Shown here: in pieces, positions 58,866 through 64,000 of the stretch
Position numbering within the stretch: position 1 is the stretch's first letter
Layout: each line of letters starts with the position of its first letter
Translations under genes and position numbers: made by a program
Assembly (NCBI GenBank): GCA_038326325.1
Contig: JBBQJW010000017.1
Span: 2,009 to 66,008 of the forward strand
DNA: 64,000 nt
Reading direction: 5' to 3'
DNA from: Chitinophagales bacterium
GTDB lineage: Bacteria > Bacteroidota > Bacteroidia > Chitinophagales > UBA10324
Notes under the pieces: generated by a model
What the model was told of the DNA's origin: nothing
Database searches by the model: none
The model's input: the letters and a program-made list of their open reading frames with translations, nothing else

Positions 58866-58892
58866 GATGCCCCCGGCATCAAGATTTTTTTT
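58866..58892 (+). terminator. rho-independent terminator
   Basis: GATGCC-ccc-GGCATC followed 4 nt later by TTTTTTTT. Confidence 0.55.
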
Positions 58893-59144
58893 GGTTTTGT
58901 TTTTCTATAAACCTTTCATCCCTCGAGGATGATTTTTTATTTGGTATTTTTTTCTACCAATATTTTGTTCCGATGGAACAGGTGTAACAGATTTATTTTA
59001 AAGGACAGAAAGGACATGAAGGGCATGAAGGACGGGTGGGCAAGTGAGACTGTTATAGATTGCTTCAAAAATTGATTAAAATTTTTTCGCAATGACACCG
59101 TGAAAAAAAGATGAACAGCTGTAAGATGCTTAGAAGCCGGGTAG

Positions 59145-59204
59145 CTTATCTCCCCAAATAAACCATCAAAACAGAAACATCACTTGGGTTTACTCCGTTG
59201 ATGT
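59145..59204 (-). pseudogene. detached copy of the last 18 codons of mnmG
   Basis: The minus-strand translation INGVNPSDVSVLMVYLGR* compares with the genuine end ISGVNPSDVSVLMVYLGR* (60016-60072). I count about 8 nucleotide differences, all but one synonymous. Confidence 0.75.
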
Positions 59205-60015
59205 ATTTAACTTTTCCAAAGTTCCAAACTTTGGAAAATTTTTTTGTCGCAACAGGAAAAGTTTTCGTTCAAAAAAGTTCAAATAGTTTTATTCTTGATA
59301 GAAATTATTAATAGTGGACTTGCTTTTTCCAAATTCAACTTATCACATTTTTAATCATGCGAATGGAGATGAAAATATTTTCAGGAATGACGAGAACTAT
59401 CGGTTCTTTCTTGAAAAATTCAAATTTCATATTCATCCGGTTGCTTCAGTCATTGCTTATTGTCTTCTGCCAAATCATTTTCACTTCATGGTTAAAATTA
59501 GAACCGAAAATGAATTGTCGGCTACATTTAAAAATTTTCACGAGTTGAAAAGTGACGAAGAGCAATCGAAATTTATTTCAAAACAGTTTTCAAATCTTTT
59601 CAGCTCTTACACGCAATCGTTTAACAAAGTCAATAATCGAAGGGGTTCTTTATTTGTAAAAAATTTTAAGCGGGAGCTGATTCGAACCGATGAGCAGTTT
59701 CAAAATACATTTCTTTACATTCAACTGAATGCTGTGAAGCATGGATTTGTTTTGCATGAGATGGAGTGGAAATGGAGTTCATGGATGGCCTATTATTCTT
59801 TCTCAAAATCTGAAAGTCCTGAATCGGTGGTTACTTCACTTGATATTGAATATGCGATTTCAAAATTTGAAAGCATCTGGAACTTGATGTACTGTCACGA
59901 TTTGCGTCGCGAAAAAATACTTTCGCTGAAGTCGCTTGAGTCGGAATAATTTTTATCGTATAAATTAACTTTTCCAAAGTTTGGAACTTTGGAAAAGTTT
60001 TTTTACGGCGAAAGT
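59205..60015 (+). mobile_element. RAYT / IS200-like Y1 transposase unit flanked by inverted hairpins
   Basis: The hairpins CTTTTCCAAAGTTCCAAACTTTGGAAAA (59211-59238) and CTTTTCCAAAGTTTGGAACTTTGGAAAAG (59969-59997) are reverse complements of each other and bracket the transposase gene. Confidence 0.75.
59314..59949 (+). CDS. REP-associated tyrosine transposase-like protein (Y1 HUH, IS200/IS605 TnpA superfamily)
   Basis: YHIFNHANGDENIFRNDENYRFFL, the HUH motif LLPNHFHFMV and the Tyr motif YIQLNAVKHG. GTG start. Confidence 0.8.
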   Translation: MDLLFPNSTYHIFNHANGDENIFRNDENYRFFLEKFKFHIHPVASVIAYCLLPNHFHFMVKIRTENELSATFKNFHELKSDEEQSKFISKQFSNLFSSYTQSFNKVNNRRGSLFVKNFKRELIRTDEQFQNTFLYIQLNAVKHGFVLHEMEWKWSSWMAYYSFSKSESPESVVTSLDIEYAISKFESIWNLMYCHDLRREKILSLKSLESE

Positions 60016-61953
60016 TTAGCGTCCCAAATAAACCATCAACACCGATACATCACTTGGATTTACACCGCTGATGCGGCTTGCCTGCCCCAGTGTGCGGGGT
60101 TTGTGCTTCGTGAGTTTTTCGCGAGCTTCGAGCGAGAGCGAATTTATTTTCGCATATTCAAAATTTTCGGGCACCGGAACATATTCGAGGCGGTTCATCT
60201 TCTCCACTATTTCTTTTTCCTTCTCAATATAACCTTCGTACTTCATAAGTATTTCCGCCTGCTCAATGCTGTCTTCCATTTTGCCGGAAAGCAATTCTTT
60301 CACGGAAGCGATTTTTTCTCTGATATCGTTCATTTCAATTTGCGGGCGAGAGAGCAACTGAAGCAATTTTGTTTTTTGTTTTATCTCGCTTGAATCCTGT
60401 TCGGTGAGAATGGCATTTACATCATCAGGTGTTACACTTTCCTTTTTGAAGAAATCCATAATCACTTTCGTTTCTTCTATTTTTTTATTTACGAGATCCA
60501 ATCTTTCATCACTCGCCAGTCCAAGTTTGTGAGCGAGCAGGGTCAGGCGGATATCAGCGTTATCCTGTCGCAATAAAATACGGAACTCGGCGCGGCTGGT
60601 GAACATTCGATACGGTTCGTTGGTGCCCTTGGTAATTAAATCGTCAATCAACACGCCGATGTATGCCTCGTCGCGAGAGAGAATAAATTCCGGGTTGTCA
60701 TTTATTTTCTGGTGAGCATTGATGCCCGCCATTATTCCCTGACACGCGGCTTCTTCGTAACCCGTAGTGCCGTTGATTTGCCCCGCATGAAATAAATTTT
60801 CTACCACCCGCGTTTCCAGATTTGTTTTCAGTTGGTGCGGCGGAAAGAAATCGTATTCAATCGCGTAACCCGGACGAAACATGCGCACATTTTCGAAACC
60901 GGGAATCAGTTGCATCGCCTTGTACTGAACTTCTTCGGGCAACGAGGTGCTGAACCCATTGACATAAATTTCTATGGTGTCCCAACCTTCGGGTTCAACA
61001 AATAACTGGTGTCGCGTTTTATCGGCGAAGCGATTTATTTTATCTTCAATACTCGGACAGTAGCGCGGACCTAATCCCTGAATTCTCCCCTGAAACATGG
61101 GGCTTTGTTCGAATCCTGTTTTCAGAATATCATGAACCTCAGGGCTTGTGTAGGTGATGTAACAACTTTTCTGCCGCCTCGAGACCTCACCCCTAACCCC
61201 TCTCTCAAGGAGAGGGGAACTGTTGCTATTAATTTTCTCGTCTGTATTTTCGAATGCGGATGTTCCGGGTTTGTATGAAAATTTTCCCGGCGCCTCATCT
61301 CCTTTCTGTTCTTCCATCAAAGAATAATTCAAGCTTCTTCCATCAACGCGCGGAGGAGTTCCTGTTTTCATCCTTCCTGATTCCAGCCCGAGTGAAAGCA
61401 ATTGTTCGGTAATTCCGCTCGACGCTTTCTCCGCCATGCGACCACCGCCAAATTGTTTTTCGCCAATGTGAATGATGCCGTTGAGAAATGTTCCGTTCGT
61501 GAGTACAACGGCTTTCGATTTTATTTCCATTCCCATTCCGGTGCGCACTCCACAAACTCTTCCGTCTTTAATTAATAAGCCGCTCACCATGTCCTGCCAG
61601 AAATCCACATTGGGAGTTTGCTCGAGCATTTCTCTCCACTCCTTCGCGAATAATAATCTGTCGCTTTGCGCGCGCGGGCTCCACATCGCTGGACCCTTCG
61701 AACGATTCAGCATTCTGAATTGAATCATGGTGCGGTCGGTTACAATTCCTGAGTAACCACCGAGCGCATCTATCTCTCGAACGATTTGTCCCTTCGCTAC
61801 GCCACCCATTGCGGGATTGCAACTCATTTGCGCAATCGTTTGCATGTTCATGGTTACGAGCATGACTTTGCTGCCGAGGTTAGCTGCTGCTGCTGCTGCC
61901 TCGCAACCGGCATGACCGGCGCCTACTACTATTATGTCGTATTCAGGAAACAC
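60016..61953 (-). CDS. mnmG: tRNA uridine 5-carboxymethylaminomethyl modification enzyme MnmG (GidA)
   Basis: VVGAGHAGCEAA, MSCNPA.GG, GPRYCPSIEDK and GQINGTTGYEEAA. It contains an extra segment of about 24 aa (see findings). Confidence 0.95.
   Translation of the reverse strand: MFPEYDIIVVGAGHAGCEAAAAAANLGSKVMLVTMNMQTIAQMSCNPAMGGVAKGQIVREIDALGGYSGIVTDRTMIQFRMLNRSKGPAMWSPRAQSDRLLFAKEWREMLEQTPNVDFWQDMVSGLLIKDGRVCGVRTGMGMEIKSKAVVLTNGTFLNGIIHIGEKQFGGGRMAEKASSGITEQLLSLGLESGRMKTGTPPRVDGRSLNYSLMEEQKGDEAPGKFSYKPGTSAFENTDEKINSNSSPLLERGVRGEVSRRQKSCYITYTSPEVHDILKTGFEQSPMFQGRIQGLGPRYCPSIEDKINRFADKTRHQLFVEPEGWDTIEIYVNGFSTSLPEEVQYKAMQLIPGFENVRMFRPGYAIEYDFFPPHQLKTNLETRVVENLFHAGQINGTTGYEEAACQGIMAGINAHQKINDNPEFILSRDEAYIGVLIDDLITKGTNEPYRMFTSRAEFRILLRQDNADIRLTLLAHKLGLASDERLDLVNKKIEETKVIMDFFKKESVTPDDVNAILTEQDSSEIKQKTKLLQLLSRPQIEMNDIREKIASVKELLSGKMEDSIEQAEILMKYEGYIEKEKEIVEKMNRLEYVPVPENFEYAKINSLSLEAREKLTKHKPRTLGQASRISGVNPSDVSVLMVYLGR
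61197..61217. repeat. perfect 8-bp-stem hairpin CCCCTCTC-tcaag-GAGAGGGG inside the mnmG coding sequence
   Basis: Seen directly in the sequence. It encodes ...SPLLERGVRGEV... within the extra segment. Confidence 0.8.
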
Positions 61954-62080
61954 TTTTCGGTTTCGGGTTTCTTGTTATTTAGTTTCTGGTTGAAGGAGCG
62001 CAAAAATATTCTTATGCGAGCGCTTAAGGAAATGTTGTTTGGAATCATACTTTTTTAATTTTCCGCCCGAAATTTTTTGA

Positions 62081-62557
62081 ATGAACAAGGGGCTTTACAG
62101 TTTACCGAATAATGGATTTTATAAAATGCTTTTGAAAATGAGCATCAGTTCTACTTTATATCTGATGCTTGAGGGGTCAACTGAATTCAGTAGAATGGTG
62201 GGTGAATCCGGCTTGATTGATTACGAGCAACTGAAAGATTTTTACGAAGAAATAAAAGATAAAGAGGGCGAAGAGTTCGAAGTGGATGAAGATGAATTGC
62301 TGATGATTTACACCTGTCACTACATCGCTAATTGTTTCGCGCAAGAGAAAGAAGCATTTTTCAAATGGTTTATGCAGCACGATAACGGGCAAATAAATAA
62401 TTCTGAAAAACTTCGGCTCATCACCATGAATGGACATAAGGGAGCCGTGCGTGTTTTTGAAGAGCGCGATTTCTGGAACGAAAAAATGGAACAGCGAAAA
62501 ACTTTTTTGGAGAATTTATTCGGTGAATTGGAAGAGGGAGACGAGTTCGCTGTGTAG
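62081..62557 (+). CDS. hypothetical acidic protein
   Basis: A 158-aa ORF with no recognised motif. Confidence 0.45.
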   Translation: MNKGLYSLPNNGFYKMLLKMSISSTLYLMLEGSTEFSRMVGESGLIDYEQLKDFYEEIKDKEGEEFEVDEDELLMIYTCHYIANCFAQEKEAFFKWFMQHDNGQINNSEKLRLITMNGHKGAVRVFEERDFWNEKMEQRKTFLENLFGELEEGDEFAV

Positions 62558-62575
62558 TGTGTAACGGTTTGGATA

Positions 62576-63046
62576 TTATTTCTTTCCTTCCGGTTTGGGC
62601 GATAATATTTTCATTTGTTCCGAAATATTTTCTTCATCGAGTTCGGTTGTGCCTCGGTGACAAGTGATACATCTTACAGAATGAATAGTATCGGGCTGAG
62701 TTGATTTCATCCAGTTGAAATAGTTGGCGTTGATCTCGCTTGTCATTTTCATCATGTAACGGGCGATGTCTTTATGTTCGTTTGCATCACTTGCAAAGTC
62801 TAATTTGTGAATAGTGGTGTCTGCATTTCGAGCGTGACAGAATCCGCATTTTACTCCGAGCGCGGTTTTAAACTCATCCATTACCTGATGAAGTTTTTCC
62901 TCGCTAATATCTTTTGGCAGAACCTTCAAATTTTTAAATTCATCACCGGGTTTCTGATTAGTTTTTATCGAGGCGCTGATTGAAATGAAGGCCGCCAGAA
63001 GCAGAACAACGCCAATTGATTTTTTAAATGTAACAGTCATGACCAA
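62576..63046 (-). CDS. c-type cytochrome (two CxxCH haem sites), secreted
   Basis: Has a signal anchor, plus CGFCH and CITCH. Confidence 0.75.
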   Translation of the reverse strand: MVMTVTFKKSIGVVLLLAAFISISASIKTNQKPGDEFKNLKVLPKDISEEKLHQVMDEFKTALGVKCGFCHARNADTTIHKLDFASDANEHKDIARYMMKMTSEINANYFNWMKSTQPDTIHSVRCITCHRGTTELDEENISEQMKILSPKPEGKK

Positions 63047-63247
63047 TTAATTTATTTCAACAAAATAATGAAATAAATTCAAAAGTCATTGACGATAATT
63101 TCTCAGGATTTAAAAAGCAGTTGATATGCTTTGTATTCCGGATAATTCCATTCCAGCCAATTGCTGTTTTCCCATCGCCGTTTAAAATTCTCTTTTCGCT
63201 TTTTAATCACATCGGCGAAATTGATGTAACAGAAATTATAAAAAATA

Positions 63248-63886
63248 TTAATTCACAACCCAAAGCAACACTGGCTTATCGGAAGACTTCAACAATTTAT
63301 CTAACTCCTCCATAAAATTATTTGAAACAGCGGGGCATCCCCAACTCTCTGCTGACCCCGAAGGAAATATTTCTTCATCTGAAACGGCCTCCCAGGAGTG
63401 TAACACTATCGTCCGTTTCAATGCGTTTGAGTTTGTTGAATCCAGGCCATACAAAAGATATTTAACATTCATTCCCCACTGACTATATCCACGGTCGGAG
63501 ACTTTATATTTTCCGAGCGATGAACAATGACTGTCACACACATTGCTGAATTGCGGAGTGGTTTTGGTTCCGTCGTTACTCCATCCTTCGCTACCACAGC
63601 CGTGTGTTACCAATCCACGGGCTGTTACACTTTGTTCATTGAGATTCCAAACGAAGAACCGGTTCTTACCCGAGTGAATGCTCATGTCAATGAAAAAACA
63701 GAACTCAGTATTGAAATTATTTTCTTTACAAAACGAAAGCGCTTCGGCACTCAGCTTTTTTATTTTCAATGAATCAGTAGGAGACGAAATTGAATTTTCA
63801 ACTGTTCCGCTACACGAATTCAAAAAGAATAATTGAAGTGCAAACAGGTAAACCCATGATTTGTTGAGGATGGAATTTAAGTTCAT
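63248..63886 (-). CDS. L,D-transpeptidase catalytic domain-like (YkuD_2-type) lipoprotein
   Basis: Lipobox LNSC, HGCGS, and IVLHSWEAVSDEE...ESWGCPAVS. Confidence 0.65.
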   Translation of the reverse strand: MNLNSILNKSWVYLFALQLFFLNSCSGTVENSISSPTDSLKIKKLSAEALSFCKENNFNTEFCFFIDMSIHSGKNRFFVWNLNEQSVTARGLVTHGCGSEGWSNDGTKTTPQFSNVCDSHCSSLGKYKVSDRGYSQWGMNVKYLLYGLDSTNSNALKRTIVLHSWEAVSDEEIFPSGSAESWGCPAVSNNFMEELDKLLKSSDKPVLLWVVN

Positions 63887-64000
63887 GTTAATTGGAAAAA
63901 TTACGATTATAACGAAGCAAATGAATTGATATTATTTAATAAAAACTCAATGAAGGATTTGGGCGCTCGCTTTTTATTCATTGAAAGAATTAAGCTATGT

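Noticed and set aside
56255-58892. Calling the cassette region a classical integron
   Set aside because: No intI or any tyrosine recombinase lies in the window, there is no attI/Pc arrangement, and the outer sites are half-sites instead of complete attCs. It is reported only as attC-like.
1-64000. Search for tRNA, rRNA, tmRNA, RNase P and riboswitch-like segments in the intergenic regions
   Set aside because: I saw no T-loop (GGTTCGAATCC-type) or other recognisable conserved RNA signatures by eye. I cannot exclude small RNAs without a covariance-model scan.

Overview
The window reads as a Bacteroidota-type chromosome segment. Supporting evidence is a T9SS C-terminal sorting domain protein, TAnnTTTG-type promoter elements, weak Shine-Dalgarno usage and a eukaryote-like kynurenine pathway.

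Most of the window is housekeeping:
- Translation and transcription: aspS, trmB, rimP-nusA-infB, recO and mnmG.
- Metabolism: two large amidohydrolases, methylmalonyl-CoA epimerase, kmo and kynU, a PfkB kinase, paaABCD with a TetR regulator, a MeaB GTPase, an MBL-rhodanese protein, an M1 aminopeptidase, a biotinyl carrier, cyclophilin and a C-N hydrolase.
- Envelope and signalling: an ECF sigma/anti-sigma pair, O-antigen-ligase and GT2 genes, and a hybrid histidine kinase followed by three receiver proteins.

No rRNA, tRNA or CRISPR array was recognised.

Five things stand out:
1. An 11-bp palindrome (A-S-TGTWACA-S-T) is iterated far above expectation through genes and spacers. It is missing from a few tracts that look accessory.
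2. Two long arrays of 21-22-bp phased degenerate repeats share a TTTAC...TATTG core. Each lies upstream of a small DNA-binding protein plus a paralogous helical and CarboxypepD_reg-domain protein.
3. An accessory island lies between recO and mnmG. In it, cargo genes (a STAS-like ORF, and a GIY-YIG + AlbA_2/Schlafen-like pair) are bounded by a half/full/half pattern of an attC-like 150-bp hairpin site.
4. A RAYT-type Y1 transposase is flanked by inverted hairpins and by a synonymously diverged duplicate of the mnmG 3' end.
5. A GxxExxY gene is enclosed by a 29-bp inverted repeat inside the kynU-kmo operon.

All counts and coordinates come from reading the sequence by hand, and no database search was possible.
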